A stretch of 21,383 bases of DNA. It comes from Candidatus Krumholzibacteriia bacterium. GTDB lineage: Bacteria > Krumholzibacteriota > Krumholzibacteriia > WVZY01. The first letter of the stretch is position 1, and the number at the start of each line of letters is the position of its first letter. The position numbers were made by a program, and so were the translations under genes. Positions 1 through 8,401 of this stretch are shown one piece after another. The stretch is from contig JBHHVD010000056.1 of NCBI GenBank assembly GCA_046754105.1, positions 1-21,383 on the forward strand, given 5' to 3'. The notes under the pieces were generated by a model. The model was not told the origin of the DNA, did not search any database, and worked only from the letters and a program-made list of their open reading frames with translations.

Positions 1-18
1 GACTAACTTTAATGCAAT

Positions 19-24
19 TATATT
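19..24 (+). promoter_or_regulatory. Candidate -10 element (TATATT) of the nuo operon promoter
   Basis: AT-rich stretch 1-42 in otherwise GC-rich DNA. TATATT at 19-24 lies about 77 nt upstream of nuoA; a -35 would fall at or beyond the window edge. Confidence 0.4.
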
Positions 25-41
25 TGTGAAAGATTGCAAAA
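24..41. promoter_or_regulatory. Putative Rex operator (NADH/NAD+-sensing repressor site)
   Basis: TTGTGAA-AGAT-TGCAAAA matches the Rex consensus TTGTGAA-N4-TTCACAA at 12 of 14 positions. It sits just downstream of the candidate -10 of an NADH dehydrogenase operon. Confidence 0.5.
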
Positions 42-100
42 TGGAGTGGGGTGTACGCCGGCGCCCATGCCGGCGCCGCCGACGTAAAGGCCTGTGACCC

Positions 101-463
101 ATGCCTCTGGCAGTCAAGTATTCGTCATTGCTGTTCCTGTTCGTTCTCTCCCTCGCCATACCGGTCATCATGGTCGGAATGGCGTCGATGATGGGACCGA
201 AGCGCCCGACGACGCAAAAGGACCTGCCCTTCGAATGCGGTGTCGACCCGACGGGAGACCCCCGCCGCCGTTTTTCGGTGAAGTTCTTTCTGGTCGCGCT
301 GCTCTTTCTTATTTTCGACGTTGAAACGATCTTTATTTTCCCGTGGGCGGTCATCTTCAGGCGCCTGGGCGTTTTCGGGTTGATCGAGATGACTGTTTTT
401 CTGCTGATCCTCCTGCTGGGATTGGTGTACGTGTGGAAAAAAGGAGCGCTGGAATGGGAGTAA
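101..463 (+). CDS. nuoA: NADH-quinone oxidoreductase subunit A
   Basis: 120 aa with three hydrophobic segments; motifs PFECG and FLIFDVE; ends WKKGALEW; first gene of the operon. Confidence 0.97.
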   Translation: MPLAVKYSSLLFLFVLSLAIPVIMVGMASMMGPKRPTTQKDLPFECGVDPTGDPRRRFSVKFFLVALLFLIFDVETIFIFPWAVIFRRLGVFGLIEMTVFLLILLLGLVYVWKKGALEWE

Positions 464-933
464 ACGGCACGACGGTCACCAAGGCGGAATCAGGGGTCAT
501 CACGACCCGCATGGAAGAGGTGGTCAAGTGGGGCCGCAAGAACTCGTTGTGGCCGCTTCCGTTCGGCACCGCATGCTGCGCGATCGAATTCATGGGCGTG
601 GTGTCGAGCGAGTTCGATATCTCACGCTTCGGTGCGGAACTGGTGCGGTTCTCGCCACGCCAGTCCGACATGATGATCGTGGCCGGCACCATCAACTACA
701 AAATGGGGCCGATACTCAAACGTATCCATGACCAGATTTGCGAACCGAAATACGTGCTGTCGATGGGCGCTTGCGCGTGCTCCGGCGGTTTCTACGACAA
801 CTACGCTACGATACAGGGGATCGACCAGATCATCCCGGTGGACGTCTTTATCCCGGGATGCCCGCCCAGGCCCGAGGCCGTCCTCGACGCCATAGTGAAA
901 CTGCAACAGAAGATCGATCGGACGCGCGGGTAA
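454..933 (+). CDS. nuoB: NADH-quinone oxidoreductase subunit B (cluster N2)
   Basis: GTACCAIE tandem Cys, SPRQSD, MGACA and PGCPPRPE motifs. Start placed at ATG 454 after AAGGAG (441-446), overlapping the end of nuoA; 159 aa. Confidence 0.96.
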   Translation: MGVNGTTVTKAESGVITTRMEEVVKWGRKNSLWPLPFGTACCAIEFMGVVSSEFDISRFGAELVRFSPRQSDMMIVAGTINYKMGPILKRIHDQICEPKYVLSMGACACSGGFYDNYATIQGIDQIIPVDVFIPGCPPRPEAVLDAIVKLQQKIDRTRG

Positions 934-1454
934 TGACCAACCGCGACACAGAAAAGTACGAGGAACTCCTCGCCGCCCTGGAAACGGGCGCTCCCGGGGC
1001 GGTGGAGGGGAGCGAGCGGCCGCACGGCGACCTCGTGGTGACCGTCCGGCGCCCGAAGTGTCACGAGGTCCTGAAGGTCCTTCGCCACAGGGGTTTCGAT
1101 CTGCTGCTGGACATCGCCGGCGTCGACCTGCTGGAGATGGAACACGAGGACCGTTTCCAGGTGGTCTACAACCTCTATTCGCTCGCCGACGATCTGAGGC
1201 TGCGGGTCAAGGTCAACGTGCCCGAGGACGATATGAGCCTCTCCTCGGTCGCGAATATCTGGCAATCGGCGAACTGGGCGGAACGCGAGGCGTACGACAT
1301 GTTCGGTTTCCGCTTCGAAAGCCACCCCAATCTGTCCCGGATCCTGTGTCACCACGAGTTCGAGGGGCACGCGCTGCGCAAGGATTATCCGATCATGAAG
1401 GGTCAATGGGCCACGAGCGCCACCGACCTCATGCGCGATCTCGACGAGGAATGA
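933..1454 (+). CDS. nuoC: NADH-quinone oxidoreductase subunit C
   Basis: RFQVVYNL, ANWAEREAYDMFG and GHALRKDYP motifs. ATG overlaps the nuoB stop (TAATG); 173 aa. Confidence 0.95.
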   Translation: MTNRDTEKYEELLAALETGAPGAVEGSERPHGDLVVTVRRPKCHEVLKVLRHRGFDLLLDIAGVDLLEMEHEDRFQVVYNLYSLADDLRLRVKVNVPEDDMSLSSVANIWQSANWAEREAYDMFGFRFESHPNLSRILCHHEFEGHALRKDYPIMKGQWATSATDLMRDLDEE

Positions 1455-1475
1455 CCACGACAGAAAACACAGATC

Positions 1476-2738
1476 ATGAACGAGCCGAGAACCGATAAAA
1501 TCATTTCGCTCAGCGACGACGAACTCATCGAAAAAGCGCGGCAGGTGGACGAGACCACGCTCGACGATCTGGATACGGAGCCGCTCTATATCAACGTCGG
1601 GCCCACGCATCCGGCCACGCACGGAACGTTTCGAATATTCTGCAAGATCAGCGGCGAAACCATCGAACGGGCTGCCGTGGAGGTCGGCTACCTCCACCGC
1701 GGCTTTGAGAAAATCGTCGAAACGAAGCAGTACACGCAGGTGATCCCGTATACGGACCGGCTGAACTACTGCAGCGGCCTGGTCAACAACGTCGCTTTTT
1801 GCAAGACCGTCGAGCGCATGCTGGGTGTGGAGATCACCCCGCGTACCGAGATGATTCGTGTGATCATATGCGAGATACAGCGCATCATGGATCACATGAT
1901 CTGCATCGGCGCAAACCTCGTAGACGTGGGGGCACTAACGAATTTCTGGTACTTCTTCAACTCCCGCGAGCAGCTGAACAACCTGATGGAGGCCTTGACC
2001 GGCGCCAGGCTCACCTATTCCTACGTGCGCATCGGTGGGTTGGCGTGGGACCTGCCGGACGGATTCGAAGATCGCGTCAAAGCGATCATAAAGGAAGTGC
2101 CCAAGGCGATCGACGACGTCAGCGGGTTGGTGCGACGTAACCGCATCTTTGTCGATCGCTGCCGTGACGTCGGCGTGATGAGCCGGGACGACGCGATCAG
2201 TTTCGGATTCACCGGCCCGTGCCTGCGAGCCAGCGGAGTCAACCACGATCTCCGCAAGCGGCGTCCATATTACCATTACGACGAGTTTGATTTCGAAGTC
2301 CCGCTCGGAGATCACGGCGACGCGTACGATCGTATATTCATCCGGGTGGAAGAGATGAAACAAAGCCTGCGGATTATCGAGCAGGCGATAAAGATCCTGC
2401 CCGACGGACCGATCAACATCGACGACAAGACGATAATGCTTCCGCCCAAAGATGATGTCCATAGCTCGATGGAAGCGTTGATCAACCATTTCAAGCTTAT
2501 TATCGAGGGAATCCAGCCGCCGGCGGGCGAGATATACGATGCCATTGAATCGCCGAACGGCGAGCTGGGGTTTTACATCATTAGCGACGGCTCGCAACAC
2601 CCGTACCGCATCAAGGTCAGGCCGCCGTGCTTCTACACAATGAACGCTTTGAAAAAACTGATCGAAGGCAGTATGATGGCCGATATCGTGGCTATCCTTG
2701 GGGGGCTGAACGTCATCGCCGGCGAACTCGACCGGTAG
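1476..2738 (+). CDS. nuoD: NADH-quinone oxidoreductase subunit D
   Basis: NVGPTHPATHG, GYLHRGFEK, DRLNY and ESPNGELG motifs; ends GELDR; 420 aa. Confidence 0.97.
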   Translation: MNEPRTDKIISLSDDELIEKARQVDETTLDDLDTEPLYINVGPTHPATHGTFRIFCKISGETIERAAVEVGYLHRGFEKIVETKQYTQVIPYTDRLNYCSGLVNNVAFCKTVERMLGVEITPRTEMIRVIICEIQRIMDHMICIGANLVDVGALTNFWYFFNSREQLNNLMEALTGARLTYSYVRIGGLAWDLPDGFEDRVKAIIKEVPKAIDDVSGLVRRNRIFVDRCRDVGVMSRDDAISFGFTGPCLRASGVNHDLRKRRPYYHYDEFDFEVPLGDHGDAYDRIFIRVEEMKQSLRIIEQAIKILPDGPINIDDKTIMLPPKDDVHSSMEALINHFKLIIEGIQPPAGEIYDAIESPNGELGFYIISDGSQHPYRIKVRPPCFYTMNALKKLIEGSMMADIVAILGGLNVIAGELDR

Positions 2739-2793
2739 CGTCAGCGTGCCTCGGTACAACTTTCGCACCCATAATCAACCAGGAAAGATCGAC

Positions 2794-3336
2794 GTGAGCG
2801 AGCAGGTCGAAATGCACTCGGAAGAGCCGTTTGCGTTCAACGAGGAAACGGAGCGTAAGTTTCAGGAGACGCTGGGGAAATATCCCACGAAGATGGCCGT
2901 CCTCCTGCCCGCGCTGTGGCTCGCCCAGGAGCAGAACGGTTACCTGCCCGACTCAGCGCTCGAATACGTGGCCGGCCGTCTCGAACTTTCTCCCGTGCAT
3001 GTCTTCTCGGTGGTGGAGTTCTACACGATGTACCACCGCAAACCGCCGGGCCGCTACCATATTCAGATGTGCCGGACGCTGTCGTGCACGTTGTGCCACA
3101 TGGAGGACCTCGAGGCGCACCTTGCCGAGCGCCACGGTATCCGTGCCGGTGAGAAGACCGAAGACGGAATGTTCAGCCTGGAGCTCGTCGAGTGCCTGGG
3201 ATCGTGCGGTACGGCTCCGGTGATGAGAGTCAACGACGTGTATTGTGAGAACCTTGACCCGGACAAGGTCGACAGGATCATCGAGAGCTGCAAGGCGGGC
3301 GCGCAGCTCGAAGAGGATCCGATGCAGCCGAATTAG
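2794..3336 (+). CDS. nuoE: NADH-quinone oxidoreductase subunit E (2Fe-2S N1a)
   Basis: CRTLSC...ECLGSCGTAP thioredoxin-like 2Fe-2S motif. GTG 2794 chosen because AGGAAAG lies at 2781; alternative starts are 2746 and 2812. Confidence 0.93.
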   Translation: MSEQVEMHSEEPFAFNEETERKFQETLGKYPTKMAVLLPALWLAQEQNGYLPDSALEYVAGRLELSPVHVFSVVEFYTMYHRKPPGRYHIQMCRTLSCTLCHMEDLEAHLAERHGIRAGEKTEDGMFSLELVECLGSCGTAPVMRVNDVYCENLDPDKVDRIIESCKAGAQLEEDPMQPN

Positions 3337-3352
3337 ACATCGGGATCGACAT

Positions 3353-4666
3353 ATGAACGTGCAAATCATCAGCGCAAATTTTGACAAACCGGACGCGAAC
3401 AAGCTCGCCGTGTACGAAAAACTCGGGGGTTACCGCTCGCTGGAAAAAGTATTCAAGATGAAGCCGGAAGAGGTCGTCGAGCACGTCAAGAAATCGGGCC
3501 TGCGCGGCCGCGGCGGCGCAGGCTTCTCCGCGGGAATGAAGTGGAGTTTCGTTCCGAAGAACATCGATAAGCCCAAGTACTTGTGCGTCAACGCCGACGA
3601 GGGTGAGCCGGGGACCTTTAAGGACCGCAAGATCCTGCAGCTCGATCCGCACCGCATGATCGAGGGAATCATCACCTGTTCGTATGCCGTCGGCATCCAC
3701 ACGGCCTACATCTATATCCGCGGTGAATACACCCGACCCCGTCTATCTACCCAGGCGGCGATCGATGAGGCGTACGCCAAGGGCTATCTGGGCAAGGACA
3801 TCATGGGGTCGGGATTCGATCTCGACGTCGTGGTGCATCGCGGGGCGGGCGCGTATATCTGCGGCGAAGAGACGGGCCTCATCGAGTCGCTGGAGGGCAA
3901 GAAGGGCCAGCCCAGGGCCAAGCCTCCCTATCCGGCCGTCATCGGCGTCTTCGGTTGTCCGACGGTGGTGAACAACGTCGAGACGCTCTCGGCGCTTCCC
4001 TTCATTATGAACGGGGGGTGGGAGGCGTACGCGAAACTCGGGACGGAAAAGAGCACGGGCACGATGCTCTTCTCCATAAGCGGCTCGGTCAAACGGCCCG
4101 GCGTGTACGAGGGAGAGTTCGGGGTAAACCTGTGGGACTTTATCGAAGAGTGTACGGGCGGTGTCAAAGGCGGCCGAAGACTCAAGGCGGTGATACCCGG
4201 AGGGTCCTCGTCGTCCATCCTGACGGCGGAGGAGGCGCGCAACACGGGGCTCGATTACGAATCGATCGCCGCCGCGGGGTCCATGGTGGGTTCCGGGGCC
4301 ATAATGGTGCTCGGCGAGGACGACTGTGTCGTCAAGGCGCTGCAGGTCGTGTCGCGCTTTTACGCGCACGAGTCGTGCGGGCAATGCCCGCAGTGCCGCG
4401 AAGGCACGTATTTCATATCGCAGCTCGCGGACCGCATCGAGAACGGCCGTGGGAACGACGAGGACGTCGAGAAGATTCTCAGCACCTGTCCGATGATGTT
4501 GGGCGTGACCGTGTGCGTGCTGGCCGACTCCATCGCCATGCCGGCCAGGAGCTACATCGAGAAATTCCGGCACGAATTCGACGAGCACATAACGCAAAAA
4601 CGTTGTCCCTATAACCCGGCCACTGTACCTGCGGCCGCCCGGGCGGGGGGTGGGGAACTCGCATGA
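3353..4666 (+). CDS. nuoF: NADH-quinone oxidoreductase subunit F (FMN, N3)
   Basis: SGLRGRGGAGF, NADEGEPGTFKDR, GAGAYICGEE and ESCGQCPQCREG...C motifs; start ATG 3353. Confidence 0.97.
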   Translation: MNVQIISANFDKPDANKLAVYEKLGGYRSLEKVFKMKPEEVVEHVKKSGLRGRGGAGFSAGMKWSFVPKNIDKPKYLCVNADEGEPGTFKDRKILQLDPHRMIEGIITCSYAVGIHTAYIYIRGEYTRPRLSTQAAIDEAYAKGYLGKDIMGSGFDLDVVVHRGAGAYICGEETGLIESLEGKKGQPRAKPPYPAVIGVFGCPTVVNNVETLSALPFIMNGGWEAYAKLGTEKSTGTMLFSISGSVKRPGVYEGEFGVNLWDFIEECTGGVKGGRRLKAVIPGGSSSSILTAEEARNTGLDYESIAAAGSMVGSGAIMVLGEDDCVVKALQVVSRFYAHESCGQCPQCREGTYFISQLADRIENGRGNDEDVEKILSTCPMMLGVTVCVLADSIAMPARSYIEKFRHEFDEHITQKRCPYNPATVPAAARAGGGELA

Positions 4667-6243
4667 GCGTGACGATTACGGTGAATGGCAAGGAATACCG
4701 GGCCGAGGAGGGCCGCTGGCTGATCGACGTCCTCAACGAGATCGGGATGGAGATCCCCCACTTCTGCTACCACCCGGGGCTCGGGCCCGACGGAAACTGC
4801 CGCATGTGCCAGGTGGAGTACGTGACCGAGCGCGGATCGCGTCTGGCCATTTCGTGCAACGCGCCGGTAACGGAGGGTCTCAACGTTGTTACCGACAGCG
4901 CAAAGGTCAAGGGCGCCCGCGCGGGCGTCGAAGAATTCCTGCTCCTGAATCACCCTCTCGATTGCCCGATCTGCGACAAGGCAGGTGAGTGTACCCTGCA
5001 GAACTACTATATGGCGCACGACATGAAGAACACCCGGCAGCAGTTCAACCGCTTCAAGAAGAAGAAGGCAATCGATATCGGGCCGACGATGGTGCTGGAC
5101 CAGGAGCGCTGCGTCCTGTGCGATCGCTGCGTACGGTTTCTTCGCGACAAGGCCGAAAGCGAAGAGTTGCACATCGCCGGCCGTGGGCACGATGCCTACT
5201 TGACTCCGTTCCCGGGCAGAGAGGTCACCAGTCCCTACTCGCTGAACACGGTCGACCTGTGCCCCGTGGGCGCGTTGACCAGCAAGGACTTCCGTTTCTC
5301 GACGCCGACGTGGTTCCTGAAACGGACCCCCTCCGTCTGCACGACCTGCGCCCGAGGGTGTGCAATCGAGGTGGATTCGCGGGATCAGACCATACACCGC
5401 CTGCGCCCACGCCATAACCCATCGGTCAACGACTACTGGATGTGCGACGAGGGCCGGTTGAGCTACAAGTTCGTCAATACCGATCGCGTAACGCGCGCCG
5501 TCGTCGAACGCGGCGGGGAGAGGTTCGAGTGCTCTCTCGAAAACGCCGTGGCGGCGCTGCGGGGACTCTTGGGGATCACGGATGACGGTGAGGGCGTACG
5601 CCGCGTCCCGGTCGTGATGCTGGCTTCGGGGACTTGCACGCTCGAGGAGTTGTACGCGCTCAAGGTGCTCGCCGCGGCGCTGCCCGACGGTTCACTCTAC
5701 GTAGCGAGGCACGTGCCCGACGGCGAGCAGGACAACATGCTGCGGCGGAGCGACCGCCACCCCAACATAAAGGGCGCCGAAATGCTAGGTGTCCCCGTCG
5801 TCGACCTCCGGGGAAAAGATGCGGCCGGCCCGCCCGCGGGCGTCGTGCTGCTCGCCGTCGGATTCGACTACGGTATCGGCGAAGCCCTGGAGCGTTTTTG
5901 CGGGAGCTTTGAGAAAATCGCGATCGTCGCCGCGCGAACGAGCGCGCTCGTGGAGAAGGCACACGTACTCGTGCCCGGCTTGACTTTTGCGGAAAAGGAA
6001 GGGCTCCTGGTCAATTTTCAGGGCCAGGTCCAGGAAATCGTCCCGGCGCTGGACAACCTGTGGGACCGAACGCCGCCGTGGGAGGTCATTGCATCGCTGG
6101 CCGCGGCACTAAACCGTGAAAACCGATTTGACACCATGGCGGCGCTGCGGACGTCGCTGGCCGGCACGGAAGCGGCCTTCTCCGGCGTCGATCTCAACGC
6201 CGTCGGGCCGACCGGGGTTCGACTGCAAGCGCAGGCCGTCTAG
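4663..6243 (+). CDS. nuoG: NADH-quinone oxidoreductase subunit G, short form (526 aa)
   Basis: N1b CYHP...GNCRMC...C; N5 HPLDCPICDKAGEC; N4 CVLCDRC...CPVGAL; N7 CTTCARGC...C; ATGA overlap with nuoF. Confidence 0.93.
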   Translation: MSVTITVNGKEYRAEEGRWLIDVLNEIGMEIPHFCYHPGLGPDGNCRMCQVEYVTERGSRLAISCNAPVTEGLNVVTDSAKVKGARAGVEEFLLLNHPLDCPICDKAGECTLQNYYMAHDMKNTRQQFNRFKKKKAIDIGPTMVLDQERCVLCDRCVRFLRDKAESEELHIAGRGHDAYLTPFPGREVTSPYSLNTVDLCPVGALTSKDFRFSTPTWFLKRTPSVCTTCARGCAIEVDSRDQTIHRLRPRHNPSVNDYWMCDEGRLSYKFVNTDRVTRAVVERGGERFECSLENAVAALRGLLGITDDGEGVRRVPVVMLASGTCTLEELYALKVLAAALPDGSLYVARHVPDGEQDNMLRRSDRHPNIKGAEMLGVPVVDLRGKDAAGPPAGVVLLAVGFDYGIGEALERFCGSFEKIAIVAARTSALVEKAHVLVPGLTFAEKEGLLVNFQGQVQEIVPALDNLWDRTPPWEVIASLAAALNRENRFDTMAALRTSLAGTEAAFSGVDLNAVGPTGVRLQAQAV

Positions 6244-6273
6244 GCCGCGGGCACTGGCTGGAAGGGAAGGAAG

Positions 6274-7560
6274 ATGGAGATCTACTTCATCGGGTTGGGA
6301 AAAGCCGTATTCATCTGGGGAATGGCGCTGACCTTGATTCCCGTGCTCATCTGGTTCGAGCGCAAGGGCAGCGCGTTTATCCAGGATCGCGTGGGGCCGA
6401 ACCGGGCGGCGATACTCGGCGTGCGCCTCGGCGGATTCATCCACAACATCGCCGACGTCGTCAAGCTGATGATGAAGGAGATGATGGTTCCCTCCCGCGT
6501 CAACCGGTGGTATTTCGTCCTTGCCCCGTTCCTCGGCATCACGGTGGTGCTCTTCGCGTTCTCCGTCATCCCGTGGGCGGACAACCTGCGGTTCGGGAGC
6601 TGGAACATACCGATGCAGGTATCCGACCTGAACGGCGGCATCCTGTTTATTTTGGCCATTACCTCGCTGAACGTCTACGGCATCGTGCTCGCCGGCTGGT
6701 CGTCCAACAACAAGTACTCACTCCTCGGAGGGCTGCGCTCTTCCGCACAGATGGTGAGTTACGAGATACCCCTCGGCCTGTCCATTGTGGGTGTTTTCAT
6801 GGTCTTCGGCTCCGTGCAGCTGAACGAGATCGTTCGCGGCCAGGGTGAGCTGCTGTTCGGGTTTCTGCCGAAATGGGGCGTCTTCATCCAGCCGCTGGGT
6901 TTCATCCTCTTCGCGGCCGCGGCGTTTGCGGAAACCAATCGCAACCCGTTCGACGTGCCCGAGGGAGAGTCGGAAATCGTTGCCGGCTACCACACCGAAT
7001 ACAGCGGAGTGCGCTTCGCGCTGTTCTACATGGGGGAGTACGTGGCCATCGTTCTGTCGTCCGCGATGATTGCCACGCTCTTTTTCGGCGGATGGCAGGT
7101 GCCGTACCTGCCGACCGAGAGTCTCGTCGCCCACGCGCCGGTGGTCTCGAGAGTGCTGCTGGGCACCGGTTCGGTTGTCTTGCTGATCGCCGGGGTGATA
7201 TGCCTGGGGTACGACAAGCGCCTCGGCAACTGGGGTGACGCGCGAGACCAGGAGGGAAAGATTCTGGCCGTCTTCTCGTTCACAGGCTTCGCCGTGCACG
7301 TCACAGGACTGGTCTTTCTGTGGGGCAGGGAGCTGCCGGTGTGGGGTCCCGCGGCGGTAGCCGTCGCTGCGCAGATCGGTGCGTTTGTGGTCAAGCTGTT
7401 GTTCTTTTGCTGGTTTTTTATCTGGGTAAGGTGGACGCTGCCGAGGTTTCGCTACGACCAGTTGATGCGCCTCGGCTGGAAAAACCTGATCCCGCTGGCG
7501 TTTGCGAATATCTTCTTCACCGGCGTGGTGCTGGTGCTGATCGATCGCTTCGGGTCATGA
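6274..7560 (+). CDS. nuoH: NADH-quinone oxidoreductase subunit H with an internal membrane insertion
   Basis: ERK...QDRVGPNR, GWSSNNKYSLLGGLR, AETNRNPFD..EGESE and WVRWTLPRFRYDQLM motifs; purine-rich RBS upstream; 428 aa. Confidence 0.97.
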   Translation: MEIYFIGLGKAVFIWGMALTLIPVLIWFERKGSAFIQDRVGPNRAAILGVRLGGFIHNIADVVKLMMKEMMVPSRVNRWYFVLAPFLGITVVLFAFSVIPWADNLRFGSWNIPMQVSDLNGGILFILAITSLNVYGIVLAGWSSNNKYSLLGGLRSSAQMVSYEIPLGLSIVGVFMVFGSVQLNEIVRGQGELLFGFLPKWGVFIQPLGFILFAAAAFAETNRNPFDVPEGESEIVAGYHTEYSGVRFALFYMGEYVAIVLSSAMIATLFFGGWQVPYLPTESLVAHAPVVSRVLLGTGSVVLLIAGVICLGYDKRLGNWGDARDQEGKILAVFSFTGFAVHVTGLVFLWGRELPVWGPAAVAVAAQIGAFVVKLLFFCWFFIWVRWTLPRFRYDQLMRLGWKNLIPLAFANIFFTGVVLVLIDRFGS

Positions 7561-7585
7561 GCCTGGTCGGGCTTGGATAGGTAAT

Positions 7586-8080
7586 ATGCAGTTGATTGTC
7601 TTTTACATTCTGGCCGCACTCGCGGTCGTCGGGGCGGCGGCCATGGTGACACGCCGCAATCCGCTCAACGGCGCTTTCGCCCTGATTCTCAGCCTCGTGT
7701 CGCTGGCCGGGTTGTTCGGTATGCTCCACGCCGAATTCGTCTTTATTCTGCAGATCCTCCTCTACGCCGGCGCGATCATGGTGTTGATCATCTTTACGAT
7801 CATGCTCCTGAATTTGTCGCCGCAGGAGCTCCGCGAGCCGCCGGTGGGCCGGGTCAAGGGTCTCATCATCCTTGCCGCGTCGGCCGCGGGCCTCGCCGGG
7901 TTCATCCGCGTACTTGGGACGCTGCCCGCGCTGCACGGCGAAGTCGAGTCGGCGTTCGGCAACATCGAGCCCGTAGGGGAGTTGATGCTGGGCAAATACC
8001 TCTATCCATTCGAGATCATATCCGTGCTGCTCCTCGTCGCGGTCGTCGGCGTGGTGCTCCTGGCCAAAAAGGCAATATAG
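7586..8080 (+). CDS. nuoJ: NADH-quinone oxidoreductase subunit J
   Basis: Hydrophobic protein with AEF...QILLYAGAIMVL and YPFEIIS motifs; 164 aa. Confidence 0.96.
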   Translation: MQLIVFYILAALAVVGAAAMVTRRNPLNGAFALILSLVSLAGLFGMLHAEFVFILQILLYAGAIMVLIIFTIMLLNLSPQELREPPVGRVKGLIILAASAAGLAGFIRVLGTLPALHGEVESAFGNIEPVGELMLGKYLYPFEIISVLLLVAVVGVVLLAKKAI

Positions 8081-8094
8081 GCGGTTGTCAAGAC

Positions 8095-8397
8095 GTGGTA
8101 ACCATTCATCATTATATGATTTTGAGCGCGGTCCTCTTTTTTACCGGCGTGTTCGGCGTGTTATTTCGGCGTAACATAATCGTCATCTTTATGTCCGTCG
8201 AGTTGATGCTCAACGCCGTGAATCTTTCGTTTGTTACATTCGCGCGTTACACGCAGACCATGGACGGTCATGTCATCGCTTTCTTCGTGATGGCCCTTGC
8301 CGCCGCGGAAGCGGCTATCGGGCTGGCGATCCTCGTGATGCTTTTCCGAAACCGTTCCACCGTACAGGCGGACGAACTCAAACTGATGCGAGACTGA
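8095..8397 (+). CDS. nuoK: NADH-quinone oxidoreductase subunit K
   Basis: RRN...MSVELMLNAVNL and AAAEAAIGLA motifs; 100 aa; GTG start. Confidence 0.97.
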   Translation: MVTIHHYMILSAVLFFTGVFGVLFRRNIIVIFMSVELMLNAVNLSFVTFARYTQTMDGHVIAFFVMALAAAEAAIGLAILVMLFRNRSTVQADELKLMRD

Positions 8398-8401
8398 CGA
8401 C

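Noticed and set aside
1452..1454. TGA between nuoC and nuoD as a selenocysteine codon
   Set aside because: It falls in a non-catalytic linker with no Cys-equivalent position, and no SECIS-like hairpin is evident downstream.
1451..1498. Short ORF MTTTENTDHERAENR overlapping the nuoC stop (ATGA)
   Set aside because: 15 codons, out of frame with nuoD, with no supporting features.
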